64,000 nt of DNA, taken from IMG/VR virus record IMGVR_UViG_3300050343_000117, positions 73,472-137,471 of that record. The stretch is one strand, 5' to 3'. The first letter of the stretch is position 1. Every line of letters starts with the position of its first letter. This DNA is from a virus. The position numbers and the translations under genes were made by a program. The notes below the pieces were generated by a model. That model was not told the DNA's origin. It saw only the letters and a list, made by a program, of their open reading frames with translations, and searched no databases. This document shows, piece by piece, positions 20,466 through 31,815 of this stretch.

Positions 20466-23400
20466 TTACGATATTTTACCAATCTTGACTCTTAGATTAT
20501 TGCTATTGTCAAAGATATCAATACTGTTACTTGTGAACTCAATACGTTCATTGGGTGCTGTCCCTGTATTTAGTAGTCCACTCATATCCACAAATCCTTG
20601 GTTATTTGTCAACTCAGTAAAAGTGGAATTCGTCGTAGTATTTATTCTGTCAACTGTTGCCCTGTAAACACGACCAGTTCCAATATGCCAATAAACATCC
20701 CCAGCATATATAGTGTTCACTGTACGGAACTGTCTAATCATAGCTGATGCAGTTGAGTTAATGTTACTAGGTAGATTTGCGCTGGTATCAAACAATACTG
20801 CATTACCAAATCCGCCGACTGGACCCTGTGCACCTATTGAACCAGAAACTCCCTGTGGTCCCTGATCTCCAATAGCACCTTGAGCACCTTGGTCACCCTG
20901 CGCTCCAGTTTCACCTTGGGCACCTTTATTACCTACAGATCCTTGAGCACCTTTATTACCTACCCCACCTTGAGGGCCTTGGTCACCTTGTGGTCCATCC
21001 TCACCTTGGGCACCTTTATTACCTACAGATCCTTGAGCACCTTTATTACCTACGGCACCTTGAGCACCTTGGTCACCTACAGATCCTTGAGCACCTTTAT
21101 TACCTACCCCACCTTGAGGGCCTTGGTCACCTTGAGGACCATCTTCACCCTGAGCACCTTTATTACCTACGGCACCCTGAGCACCTTTATTACCTACGGC
21201 ACCTTGAGCACCTTGGTCACCTACAGCACCCTGATTACCTACTAGACCTTGAGCACCTTGGTAACCAACTGCTCCCTGACCACCTTGTTCACCCTGATTA
21301 CCTACTAGACCTTGAGCACCTTGGTAGCCTACGGGACCTTGACCACCTTGTTCACCTTGTGGTCCGACTAGACCTTGAGCACCTTGGAATCCAACCGCAC
21401 CTTGGGCACCCTGCTCACCTTGTGGTCCGACTAGACCTTGAGCACCCTGATAACCAACTGCTCCCTGACCACCCTGTTCACCCTGTGGTCCGACTAGACC
21501 CTGTGCACCTTGGAAACCAACTGCACCCTGTGCACCCTGCTCACCTTGTGGTCCGACTAGACCTTGAGCACCTTGGTAACCAACTTCACCTTGGCCTCCC
21601 TGCTCACCTTGAGGACCAACTAGACCCTGTGCACCTCTGAATCCGACCGGACCTTGTTCGCCCTGTTCTCCTTGATTACCTACTAGTCCCTGTGCACCTT
21701 GGAAACCAACTGCACCCTGTGCACCCTGTTCTCCTTGTGGTCCAACTAGACCTTGAGCACCTTGGAATCCAACTTCACCCTGAGAACCTTGTTCTCCTTG
21801 TGGTCCAACTAGACCCTGTGCGCCTCTGAATCCGACCGGACCTTGACCGCCTTGTTCACCTTGATTACCAACTAGACCCTGTGCCCCTTGGAATCCAACT
21901 TCACCTTGGGAACCTTGTTCACCCTGTGGTCCGACTAGACCCTGTGCACCTTGGAAACCTACAGCACCCTGACCACCCTGTTCTCCTTGAGGACCTACTA
22001 AACCTTGAGCTCCACGCTCGCCTTGATTTCCTTTATCCCCTTGTTCTCCTTGGTTACCTACTAGACCTTGAGCACCTTGAACACCGACAGCACCTTGGGA
22101 ACCTTGCTCACCCTGTGGTCCAACTAGACCTTGAGCACCTTGGAAACCAACTGCGCCTTGAGCACCTTGCTCTCCTTGATTACCTACTAGACCCTGTGCA
22201 CCTTGGAAACCTACAGCACCTTGCGGTCCAGTGTCACCTTGAGCACCAGAATCACCTTGAGCACCCTGATCACCTACAGCACCTTGATTACCTACTAGAC
22301 CCTGTGCACCCGCATTACCCTGCGCACCAGTATCACCTTGAGCACCCTGATCACCTACAGCACCTTGATTACCTACTAGACCCTGTGCACCTTGGAAACC
22401 TACAGCACCCTGTGCACCAGCTTGACCCTGTGCACCCGCACTACCCTGAGAACCAACTGTACCTTGCGGTCCTACAATACCCTGTGCGCCAGTTTCACCT
22501 TGTGCACCAGTATCACCTTCAGCACCTTGTGGACCTGCGTCACCTGTAGCACCTTGTGGACCTATCGGGCCTGGGGTTGTACCTGCTGGTCCTTGAGGAC
22601 CCGCATCGCCAGGCAATCCTTGTGGACCTACTGGGCCTGGCGTAGTTCCTGCTGGACCTTTAGGGCCTGGATCACCAGTAAGACCTTGACCACCCTGCGC
22701 TCCAGTTTCACCAGTTGCACCTTTTTCTCCTGTGGCTCCAGTTTCACCTTGTGCACCAGTGTCTCCGACTGCACCTTGAGGACCAACTAGACCCTGTGCA
22801 CCAGTGTCTCCCTGAGCACCTTTATCACCAACGTTACCTTGAACGCCAACAGAACCTTGAAAACCTTGACTACCTTGGACACCTTTATCACCAACGTTTC
22901 CTTGTAGACCCTGCTCTCCTTGTTCTCCCTTATCGCCTTGAGAACCTTTGTCTCCGACGTTGCCCTGAATACCAGCAGATCCCTGTGGGCCCGCTTCACC
23001 CTGAGCACCTTTATCTCCTACTTCACCCTGTACGCCGGTAGAACCTTGTGGTCCATCTTCACCTTGTGCACCACGAACACCGACATTACCTTGAACACCG
23101 ACAGTACCCTGTGATCCTTGAACACCCTGTCCACCCAATGGACCGACGTTACCTTGAAGTCCAGTAGACCCTTGAGCACCAGCTTCTCCTTGTGCTCCTA
23201 TCTCACCGACATTACCTTGAACACCCTGTGGACCAACCGTACCCGGCGAACCTTGAGGACCCAATAGACCAACATTACCTTGAATACCTTGGAAGCCCTG
23301 TGGTCCCCGATCACCCTGAGCACCTAATGGACCAACATTACCTTGGACCCTGTTCACCTATAGCACCTTGTCCACCCTGTGGTCCTAAAGGTCCAACGTT

Positions 23401-24429
23401 ACCTTGGACACCTTGTTCACCTTGAGAACCCTGAATGCCCTGTGCACCCAATGGACCAACATTACCTTGGACACCTTGTTCACCTTGTGCGCCGGCCTCA
23501 CCTTGAGGACCCAATGGACCAACGTTACCTTGGACACCTTGTTCCCCTTGTGCGCCTTGCTGACCTTGTGCACCTAATGGTCCAACGTTTCCTTGAACAC
23601 CTTGTTCTCCTTGTGCTCCTTGTTCCCCTTGAGCACCCAGTTCACCGACATTACCTTGGACACCTTGCTCACCTTGAGAACCCTGAATACCCTGAGCACC
23701 CAATGGTCCAACGTTACCCTGAACACCTTGTTCTCCTTGAGCACCCCGCTCTCCTTGAGGACCTAGTTCACCGACGTTACCTTGAACGCCTTGGAAACCC
23801 TGAGCACCTCGTTCTCCTTGTGCACCCAGTTCACCAACGTTACCTTGGACACCTTGTTCTCCTTGTGCGCCCCGTTCTCCTTGTGGTCCTAGTTCACCGA
23901 CATTACCTTGGACACCTTGCTCACCTTGAGCACCCTGCTCTCCTTGGGGTCCTAGTTCACCAACGTTACCCTGAACACCTTGGAAACCCTGAGCACCAAC
24001 ATTACCTTGTGGTCCTATAGGTCCAACAGTACCCTGCCATCCTAGAGATCCTTGTGGACCTATCGGGCCTGGATCACCTTGCGGACCTTTCTCACCAATA
24101 TCAGTATTGTCAATTAGTGTGTTGATGTCAGAAATTTGTTGATCAAGTGTACTGATCAATCCTTCGTTCTGAGTTACCCGTGTGCCTAAAGCATTTACGG
24201 TAGCACTATTACCAATAGCATCACTTAGGTCTGCACTTCCGATTGCTTTGCTTACAGAGCTGTCAACGATATCACTAAGATCTCCTATAGAAATATCACC
24301 ATCACCTGACAGCGTGGTTAGATCATAAAGTTCTTGGAAGTTTGCATTAATTTTTTCACTGGCTTCACGGAGAGTATCTCCCTTTCCGTCGTTGGCAGCT
24401 CCGCCTGTGTCTAGAATTCTTCTTGTCAT
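20466..24429 (-). CDS. collagen-like tail fibre (joined across a 2-nt deletion near 23347)
   Basis: gp9/gp10-like N-terminus [23 protein letters not shown]; about 365 Gly-X-Y triplets (20810-24096); globular C-terminus; GGT(GT)CCAA restores the GEQGVQGNV repeat. Confidence 0.85.
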
Positions 24430-24443
24430 TTTGGATTCCGTTA

Positions 24444-25403
24444 TTAGTGGTCTGATGCGTCTAAAGTTTCATAATCTTGAGATAGGTCTAAACCTTCATC
24501 ATCCAATGTTGGGGATTTCACGCCTGCCCATTCTGCGACTGTGGTGAAATCATCTACCAACTGCTGTAAAGAAATGTCATCATATTTGTCTAGTGTTTCT
24601 AAAGAACTCACGACAATACCTGTAGCAGTGTCTTTCTGATCCTGAGTTCGTTTATCAATATCGTCATTCTCTTCCATAGTAAGTAGAGAATATCTTGCTT
24701 GTACATGTGAACCCATCTGTCTAGTCTGGAGTTCGATAGCATAGTTAGGTACTTCTAGAGGATCTGTAACTTCTCCCGCTTCAAGACCAACCTCAGCAGA
24801 ACTCTGAGTGACGGTCTCCACTGCAAGATAGAATCCTGCTGGATGTACCAGTTTTTTATATAATGTTTCAAAATCTAATAACGATAGACCTGTTCTCAAA
24901 AGAACTGAGAATATTTGATATCGTCTATCGTCTTGAATGTAGTGTAGTGACTGAGGTCCAATCAATGAACCGCCAGGTTTATCATTCAGAATAAAGATGT
25001 CTCTCTTAGGATAAGACACCTCAACGTCTTCATTGAAGAATGCCTTGAAAAACTGTTCGGTTGATATTTGTGTTCCTTTTGCTCGATATAAGTCCGCAAG
25101 TAATCTTGTCATTAATCGCGGATTCTTATAGAACGAAGCAGATTCTAATCCATCGCTGAGCTCAGCAATTAATAGATCCAAATATCGCAGATCTGTTGAT
25201 GCAATGTTTCTTATGTTGAACAGTCTTTGAATTTGTTCGTCAAAAGAAATAGATCCGTCTTCACCCGTATATTTATAATAAGTCTCTAGAAAAGAAACTA
25301 GTTTAGGATATTCTGTCTGATAAAACTCAGGTAGAATACTCTTTACTTGATTCTGGTGGAATTTAGGATTAATCCTATATTGATTCTCTAGAAATTCGGA
25401 CAT
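24444..25403 (-). CDS. baseplate wedge protein, gp7-like
   Basis: LPEFYQTEYPKLVSFLETYY, DLYRAKGT, IQDDRRYQIFS, LVHPAGF; directly after gp6. Confidence 0.65.
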   Translation of the reverse strand: MSEFLENQYRINPKFHQNQVKSILPEFYQTEYPKLVSFLETYYKYTGEDGSISFDEQIQRLFNIRNIASTDLRYLDLLIAELSDGLESASFYKNPRLMTRLLADLYRAKGTQISTEQFFKAFFNEDVEVSYPKRDIFILNDKPGGSLIGPQSLHYIQDDRRYQIFSVLLRTGLSLLDFETLYKKLVHPAGFYLAVETVTQSSAEVGLEAGEVTDPLEVPNYAIELQTRQMGSHVQARYSLLTMEENDDIDKRTQDQKDTATGIVVSSLETLDKYDDISLQQLVDDFTTVAEWAGVKSPTLDDEGLDLSQDYETLDASDH

Positions 25404-27256
25404 TATAATAAGACCTTAGTAGACCCTTGCTCTGTATTACCAATTACTGTAGATCCACTTGAGTCTAGTTTTATGATGTAGTTCCTCAACGGGGATATTG
25501 TACTCTGGTTTGCTGGAGTTGCAGATATCTTTAATCCGCTGCTCAAGTAACCATCCACATCAATACGAAGGGCTCTGAGATTCACTGTACCTTTCGCTGC
25601 ATCATAGAAACCCGCATTGCTTAATTTGACATCTCCGTTGACATCGAACAATTGTAATCGAGTAGACCCCAGTTCATTTCTAACGAATACGTTTTTATCA
25701 TACCACTTAAACATAGACGACTGAATAATATGATCGTCTTTATCTGGCGAAGCGATAACGACTGGGTAGTTTATTGTAAAGTCTTTTTCCAAAAAAGTCA
25801 AGTCTTCTGACTGAGGATCTAGTGCTTTTCTAGCAACATTTAAATCAGTAACTATAGAATCGATGTCCAATCGTTGTTGAACTTTGACTTCCATCTTAGA
25901 GTTTAGGATTGCGTTGGAGTGATTGTCTATCAGAGTTAATAGATTAGATCGTCTGAATGATGAATCAAATGAACTCAATGTCAAATTTGTATATTCAGTA
26001 ATAATAGATTCGACCGCAACCTCTAATTGTGAGGCAGAAATATTCTTGACTGGATCAACATTGAATCTAGTAATCAGTTCCAAATATGTAATTTCGGGAT
26101 TGACAAATTCTGTATCTATAGACATAATAGATAAGTTGGATGTCAACTGACTACGTATCAAGTTCTCTATTGTAGTTTTGGATTCTTCGTTTATACCGTC
26201 AGCGAAATTTAAACTAACAAAAACTTTACCATATTGTGGGGGTATGTTATCATTACCACCCCATGTTGAAACATCTCTTAAATAACTACCATACTTACTC
26301 ATGATCATACCAGTGTAATCGTCAGCAGTAACCAAACGGTTTTGTGCAGAGAATGCCAGAGGCGCGTTCATCTTGATCTGAGAAATAGACTCACGGGAAG
26401 AACCTCCCGCTGATGCAGATACCAAAGATATATTAGTTGAGTAGTCTTCTCCCGTATATTCATTCAGGTTGAATTCAGAACCACCATTTCCCTCTACCCC
26501 AGAGGTAGAGATATACTCGATTGAAATTATATTACCTGCTTGTGGTCGCTGACCAAGCACATTACCGTCACCGAACAAGACTTCATAAAAACCATTCATT
26601 GCTTCGCGTACGATATAAACACGAGATTGATCGGTAATCGTCGCAACTTCTTTTATATTGAAATAATTATTAGACTCGCTTGTGTTTCCGTTAGGGAATA
26701 CAGATATCGACATAGTAGAAACATCTATATTATTATCTGATATGACATATGGTACATCTATATTACTATCGGCCAAGAAAGTTTTTGTCTTGACTTTTCC
26801 TTCTACTAGTGTTACATTAGGAAATACAAACTTACCTGTGGTATCATTAATCGCTTCATATGTTTGTAGTGTAAAAAACTCATAGTTAGTTTCGTCGATC
26901 GTGACGAAGAACTTGGACCCTGCATTTAGTGGTAGAGATGCAGGTGCATTATTCAATACTGTTATTTCTACATCTACCACCGCACGAGCTGCAGTCATCG
27001 ATGTAGGGAAATACCCTAGACTCTCTGCGTGAGATACGACAGACGATCGTAACTGAGATGTGCTCAAGAACGATTCATTGATTGACATGTTTGCAATAAG
27101 ACCATTGATGTGTGTATTGTATGCCAACACATCCATAATATTAGACAGTCCACTTGCCTCAAAGTCATAATCTGCAAACTCATCACTTTGCTTGAAGTAC
27201 GTCTTTAGTTTAGACTTGATATCATAGAAATCTAAGTCGGATGAATTAATAGTCAT
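25403..27256 (-). CDS. gp6: baseplate wedge subunit
   Basis: LDFYDIKSKLK, DYDFEASGLS, LAYNTH, ESFL, FGDG, AQNRLVTADDY, PPQYGKVF. Confidence 0.92.
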   Translation of the reverse strand: MTINSSDLDFYDIKSKLKTYFKQSDEFADYDFEASGLSNIMDVLAYNTHINGLIANMSINESFLSTSQLRSSVVSHAESLGYFPTSMTAARAVVDVEITVLNNAPASLPLNAGSKFFVTIDETNYEFFTLQTYEAINDTTGKFVFPNVTLVEGKVKTKTFLADSNIDVPYVISDNNIDVSTMSISVFPNGNTSESNNYFNIKEVATITDQSRVYIVREAMNGFYEVLFGDGNVLGQRPQAGNIISIEYISTSGVEGNGGSEFNLNEYTGEDYSTNISLVSASAGGSSRESISQIKMNAPLAFSAQNRLVTADDYTGMIMSKYGSYLRDVSTWGGNDNIPPQYGKVFVSLNFADGINEESKTTIENLIRSQLTSNLSIMSIDTEFVNPEITYLELITRFNVDPVKNISASQLEVAVESIITEYTNLTLSSFDSSFRRSNLLTLIDNHSNAILNSKMEVKVQQRLDIDSIVTDLNVARKALDPQSEDLTFLEKDFTINYPVVIASPDKDDHIIQSSMFKWYDKNVFVRNELGSTRLQLFDVNGDVKLSNAGFYDAAKGTVNLRALRIDVDGYLSSGLKISATPANQSTISPLRNYIIKLDSSGSTVIGNTEQGSTKVLL

Positions 27257-27700
27257 TTATCTTGTCCTTGCAATAGTTAGTCCTAGAGTTACTCGTTTAG
27301 TAGATCCTATAACATCAAATACAATAACCACATTAGCGGTATTGTAATCTTCTTTGATGGTAACTTTCACGTCTACTAATTTTGCTCTAGGTTCATGTGC
27401 TTCAATCGTTTGTCGTACTCTGTTCTCAATATCGGATGGTTCTAGATCGGTTGATAGAGAGAATAGAAAAGTTTCCAAACCTCCACCATAATACGGACGA
27501 AAAGGTGTCTTACCTCTTTCTGTCATTAATAAGTTTTTAACTGATTGTTTGACTGCTGCAGCATCGGTGACCTTATAGATGTCACCTGTAGAAGGTTTTG
27601 CGGTAAAACTAGTATCGATATCTTTGTTGATGCGCTTAATCGATGTAGTGATCGGAGCGTTATATAGATTACCGTCTTCTATTGAAAAATTCTTTGCCAT
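27257..27700 (-). CDS. gp25: baseplate wedge subunit
   Basis: AVKQSVKNLLMTERGKTPFRPYYG, HEPRA. Confidence 0.9.
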   Translation of the reverse strand: MAKNFSIEDGNLYNAPITTSIKRINKDIDTSFTAKPSTGDIYKVTDAAAVKQSVKNLLMTERGKTPFRPYYGGGLETFLFSLSTDLEPSDIENRVRQTIEAHEPRAKLVDVKVTIKEDYNTANVVIVFDVIGSTKRVTLGLTIARTR

Positions 27701-27723
27701 TAGTCTATCAACTCTTTTTGTAC

Positions 27724-27731
27724 TATTTATA
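27724..27731 (-). promoter_or_regulatory. T4-type late promoter
   Basis: TATAAATA just upstream of gp25. Confidence 0.75.
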
Positions 27732-29124
27732 CAGAAATTGCAACATCGATTGAAGGCAATTCAGGTAAAGTTATATCGAATGAAGTTGGGACACCTATCA
27801 TACCAAGAACGTCACATAAAGTCAAGTCAATAAAATCAAATATAGCACCTAATCCTATAGCATTGAAAAACTTCTTAACAATCTTAACCCAATCGAATAG
27901 TAGTCCTTTCTTTGCGTTCTCGAACCAATCCCTAGCCGCAGTAGTCAATTGATGTATCTCATCTTCTATACAGATAGTTTTCTTATCAATATCACCCCCG
28001 AACACATCCTTTAATGCTATGTTGAATGGTGCGGGAAATGGTAGCGCAAGTTCAGTTATCTGTGATAACATGTCATCTTTGATTTTAGTGATCTCTGCAT
28101 CCATGTCAAAGTTCTCTATATCCGATTGTAGTTGTTCTGCCTGATCCTCTATGCGTTTTATTTCACGCTCTGCTTTTGCCTTTGCCGCTTCTACCTGAGC
28201 ACGTATCCATGCGGCAATATCAAAGTCTAACAACATAGGTAAAGGGGGTAGACCTAGCGCGTCCCATATCGTTTTGAACTTACCGATTAGTTTATCGAAC
28301 AGTTCAAATAATGATCCGGTAACAAACGCCATGATCTCGTTCTTGATGTATGACCATGTAAGTTTTGCCTTCCACTCACCACATTCCACACCAAACTCAC
28401 CGTTGAAGTATTGGTACTCGGCTGGAACTAAGCTATAAAAGGTATCAACGATTTGATTCTTCGTTTCCTGTAGCGTATCCATCGCAGAGTCATAGGCATC
28501 TTGTTCTAACTTACCACTTTCGAAATCATCCTTCAGTTGTTGTAGACTTGCGCGGAACCCTTCGGTGTCTCCACTAATCTGTGCCTTGAGTCTCTCTTGT
28601 TCTTCAGCGGTAGATATTTTCAAAACATCTATGGATAGTCCAAGTATAGGCACAGTAAATGTCACTGGTATGATTGCACTGATAAGTTCCATGATCTTCA
28701 TGGGAATGAATATATGGTAGTCCTGTATGAGTTCAGTGAATGCGTCTTCCGCTTCCTTTTCCCAATCTCGTACCTGACCTTTCTGCCACCACGGGGCTAG
28801 TAGATCACCAACTCCCTCTATCGTATCGGTAATCTCTTTTATCTGATCTTCTATTTCTTTCTGAATCTCCAGACCAATGTCCATTGATTCTAGTTTCTCA
28901 ATCTCTGCGTCTAGTTGCGCACGTGCGTCACCCTCAGCCTCTCTCGCTTGACGTTTGAGATCTTCTATTTGGTCTAGTGCCTCTGTCTTCTGTGCTTCCA
29001 GTTGGGACTGTGCGTCCACTAGCATACTCTCCAAGTCCGACGGGATCTTAGAGATCTGATTCATCATATTAACATAATCTGCTTTAGTGGGTAGGTTCCC
29101 ACCACCACAAGGTAAACTAGTCAT
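27727..29124 (-). CDS. hypothetical acidic coiled-coil/amphipathic protein coupled to gp5
   Basis: 465-aa ORF with ATGA overlap with the gp5 stop. Confidence 0.7.
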   Translation of the reverse strand: MTSLPCGGGNLPTKADYVNMMNQISKIPSDLESMLVDAQSQLEAQKTEALDQIEDLKRQAREAEGDARAQLDAEIEKLESMDIGLEIQKEIEDQIKEITDTIEGVGDLLAPWWQKGQVRDWEKEAEDAFTELIQDYHIFIPMKIMELISAIIPVTFTVPILGLSIDVLKISTAEEQERLKAQISGDTEGFRASLQQLKDDFESGKLEQDAYDSAMDTLQETKNQIVDTFYSLVPAEYQYFNGEFGVECGEWKAKLTWSYIKNEIMAFVTGSLFELFDKLIGKFKTIWDALGLPPLPMLLDFDIAAWIRAQVEAAKAKAEREIKRIEDQAEQLQSDIENFDMDAEITKIKDDMLSQITELALPFPAPFNIALKDVFGGDIDKKTICIEDEIHQLTTAARDWFENAKKGLLFDWVKIVKKFFNAIGLGAIFDFIDLTLCDVLGMIGVPTSFDITLPELPSIDVAISV

Positions 29125-29780
29125 GAGTTTATTTTAACAACAGTTCCGGATAAGGATATTTTATCGGACGCCCGTACTGTTACATTCTTTGCAGAAATCT
29201 TCGCGTCACCTGTGACAATTATATTACAATCACCTTTAATAGTTATATTAGCGTCCTTATCTCCTCTGATCTCTATATCACCCTTGACCCGTAGAACGTC
29301 ATTCTCCTGTATGGTGGTATCACGACTACCGTCGTCTTGCATCTCATAGTATGTACCTGACCTATGTTCTTCACGGATACGCCCATTTGAAGAATCGTCA
29401 TATTCTTTAAAGTGGCCTGTCTCAGTCTCATAGACTTTATTGTACGGATATGCATTCAACGCCTTCTCGTTTGTGTCATCTTCTTTCGGAATCGACCCCA
29501 CAACCAACGGCAACTGAGAGTTCTGACCATCCAAGAAGATACCAAAAACCTGAGTACCCACTAACATACCAAGATTCTGTCCTTTACCTTCATGTATTGC
29601 TGTTGTAACCGGAATGATCACTTGTGCCCAAGGTAAATCTTTATCCTTGATCTCATCGTATACACCGTGCACTTTGACCTTAACACGTCCTAGTTTCAGT
29701 GGATCAAAGATATCGACCACGGTACCTAGGAACCATCGTGTATGGTCGCCATAATACTCAACAAAACTTTTAGGTATCAT
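29121..29780 (-). CDS. gp5: baseplate hub/spike protein, short form without lysozyme
   Basis: WFLGTVVDIFDPLKLGRVKVKVHG, LPWA, VFGIFLDG, YPYNKVYETETGHFKEYDD, HRSGTYYE. Confidence 0.88.
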   Translation of the reverse strand: MIPKSFVEYYGDHTRWFLGTVVDIFDPLKLGRVKVKVHGVYDEIKDKDLPWAQVIIPVTTAIHEGKGQNLGMLVGTQVFGIFLDGQNSQLPLVVGSIPKEDDTNEKALNAYPYNKVYETETGHFKEYDDSSNGRIREEHRSGTYYEMQDDGSRDTTIQENDVLRVKGDIEIRGDKDANITIKGDCNIIVTGDAKISAKNVTVRASDKISLSGTVVKINS

Positions 29781-31099
29781 AACAATTCTCCATTAGATAG
29801 TTTCATAGCAGATAGAGTTAGTGTATATGTTCTTGGGGATATTGTATGTTTACATGCGAAGATTAAAAAATCACCCGACTTCTTTCTATCATATATTCTG
29901 TCTTTTTGCTCAGTGTTGGTATTACGTAAAAACCGTATATCGATCTTGTTACCGATAGTCTTGTTCGCGTTTCCGTCTAGGAATTCAACACCGTCAACGA
30001 TTATGTCTATCTTATTATTAGTCAACATATACGCCATTGATCGATTGACGATATTAAGTTTATACTGTCCACTGGTTTCACTTTCCATGTAAGACTTTTG
30101 TGTATCGTATGCGTTTGTACCGCCTATCTGTGTGATCTTTCTGCTAGTAATATCACCCTTCGTATCATCTAGCCTAGAACTATCAAATATAGGAGTACCC
30201 TTATCAACAATTTTATCTTGTCTTAATAACTTAACGACTTCATTATCGATATTAAAATCGAAGTCTACAACCTTATTCTTAGTTACATCTACATAAGAAT
30301 ACTTGGACCCTACCATACCTTCGCGAATCAATCCAAATATATTGTTGGTGTTCTTAGATTGATGTCTCATTATTGTTCTATTGCGAGCGACTGTAGGTTG
30401 TTCATCATTACCAGATGCGCTTTCTGAAAAGGTGAAAGGCATATCTGGATTTATTTTTATTCCTGTCATCATGCTTCGGAGATCATTGAAGTTTAATTCT
30501 TTATCTACTAAGGTCGAGTACAAATAAAATGGATACCCGTCACTGGTCGATGCTCGGTTCTTAATCCAGCACATAGCCTCTATCGGAGTTAAGTTAGGTA
30601 CAATGACCTTCATTGATTGAAAGTCAGTAGATGAACTCTTAATATCTTTTGAAAAGAACTCGTTAGATATAGTCGAGATAATAGCACTAGGCTTGCCACT
30701 CATGGATCTATTCAAATTGTGTAGGTTAGATAGGTATCCGATATCTTCGATCAGATGAAAGACGAACATCTCTACATTATCCGATGTCTTATCAGCACTG
30801 ACTATCTTATCAATAAAGAATGTTTTGGAAACAACTCGTGTTGAACTGTTCTGCATACTCTTCAGATCTATAGTAATTTTCTCACCACCTGAAATATCTA
30901 ATGATCCAATTATATCTTCTTGATCAACGTATGCCAGAGCGGCGGTTAGGTACGGTTTATCGAGATGTTCAAAAATGTCTATCCCACTAGTTGTACTGGA
31001 TATCTCAATAGTTGGTTTAGAAGCAGAAGTTTCAAGTAATACACGTTGTATTGAAAGATTATCAGAAAAGTCCTGTTCTGCTGGGGCTTTATCACTCAT
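29777..31099 (-). CDS. baseplate hub protein, gp27-like
   Basis: Lies between gp53 and gp5; IDIFEHLDKPYLT, SGGEKITI, DRKKSGDFLIFACKH. Confidence 0.55.
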   Translation of the reverse strand: MSDKAPAEQDFSDNLSIQRVLLETSASKPTIEISSTTSGIDIFEHLDKPYLTAALAYVDQEDIIGSLDISGGEKITIDLKSMQNSSTRVVSKTFFIDKIVSADKTSDNVEMFVFHLIEDIGYLSNLHNLNRSMSGKPSAIISTISNEFFSKDIKSSSTDFQSMKVIVPNLTPIEAMCWIKNRASTSDGYPFYLYSTLVDKELNFNDLRSMMTGIKINPDMPFTFSESASGNDEQPTVARNRTIMRHQSKNTNNIFGLIREGMVGSKYSYVDVTKNKVVDFDFNIDNEVVKLLRQDKIVDKGTPIFDSSRLDDTKGDITSRKITQIGGTNAYDTQKSYMESETSGQYKLNIVNRSMAYMLTNNKIDIIVDGVEFLDGNANKTIGNKIDIRFLRNTNTEQKDRIYDRKKSGDFLIFACKHTISPRTYTLTLSAMKLSNGELL

Positions 31100-31815
31100 T
31101 ACGATCTCAATGCTTCATTAAATAGTGCTTGTACAGTGTTGATAGACGATGGTTTAATAACGCGTATCTGTTTCAACTTATCATTTTCCTCAACATAGAA
31201 ATCTAGGTTGGTTTTTGGAACTGCACCTAAAGGCACACTCATATTACTTAGATCAAGGTCGACTCTTTCATTATTAAGTACGTAATGGTTCGCTGCAAGA
31301 TACTCTTTGGACGCCCCAGTTACAGTAACTATATCACCCTCACATATGGCAACCTCAGCCACATGGAACTCTAAAGCACTTGATAACTTAACTACGATTT
31401 GACCTAGGTTCAAGTTCTTATGTACAATAGTACCCGTCGCGTTACTATCACCCCCAGTTATGGTAGATCCTATATTAAATGCATCGTGTATAGGTCCGGT
31501 GGTTGTTATAGTAAAGTTCGAGTAATCCGATTTTGCCTTTTCTACAACACCTCTATATTCTAGAGGCCAACCCTGTTCACGTATCTTATCATTCATTAAA
31601 TAGAATGTCCAGTGCATATGAGGATTTCTATATAAAGTAAACGCGGTCTGATCTGGCCTTTCTCCACCTTGAACATAATAGTCCTGATAGAACGCTGAAT
31701 TAACTTTAATGTCATCTAGTATATCGACATAGGTTGCGATGTTCTGGACAACAGCCGATTCTTCGCTGTCGCCAAAGGAATAAAAACTTAATGGGAAATT
31801 CTTAAAATATGACAT
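31099..31815 (-). CDS. gp53: baseplate wedge subunit
   Basis: MSYFKNFP, GGERPDQTAFTLY, HWTFYLMN, WPL, EENDKLKQIRVIKP. Confidence 0.88.
   Translation of the reverse strand: MSYFKNFPLSFYSFGDSEESAVVQNIATYVDILDDIKVNSAFYQDYYVQGGERPDQTAFTLYRNPHMHWTFYLMNDKIREQGWPLEYRGVVEKAKSDYSNFTITTTGPIHDAFNIGSTITGGDSNATGTIVHKNLNLGQIVVKLSSALEFHVAEVAICEGDIVTVTGASKEYLAANHYVLNNERVDLDLSNMSVPLGAVPKTNLDFYVEENDKLKQIRVIKPSSINTVQALFNEALRS

Noticed and set aside
20880-24020. Long plus-strand ORFs such as (HLEHLG)n and (TLSTF)n
   Set aside because: Antisense shadows of Gly-X-Y repeats
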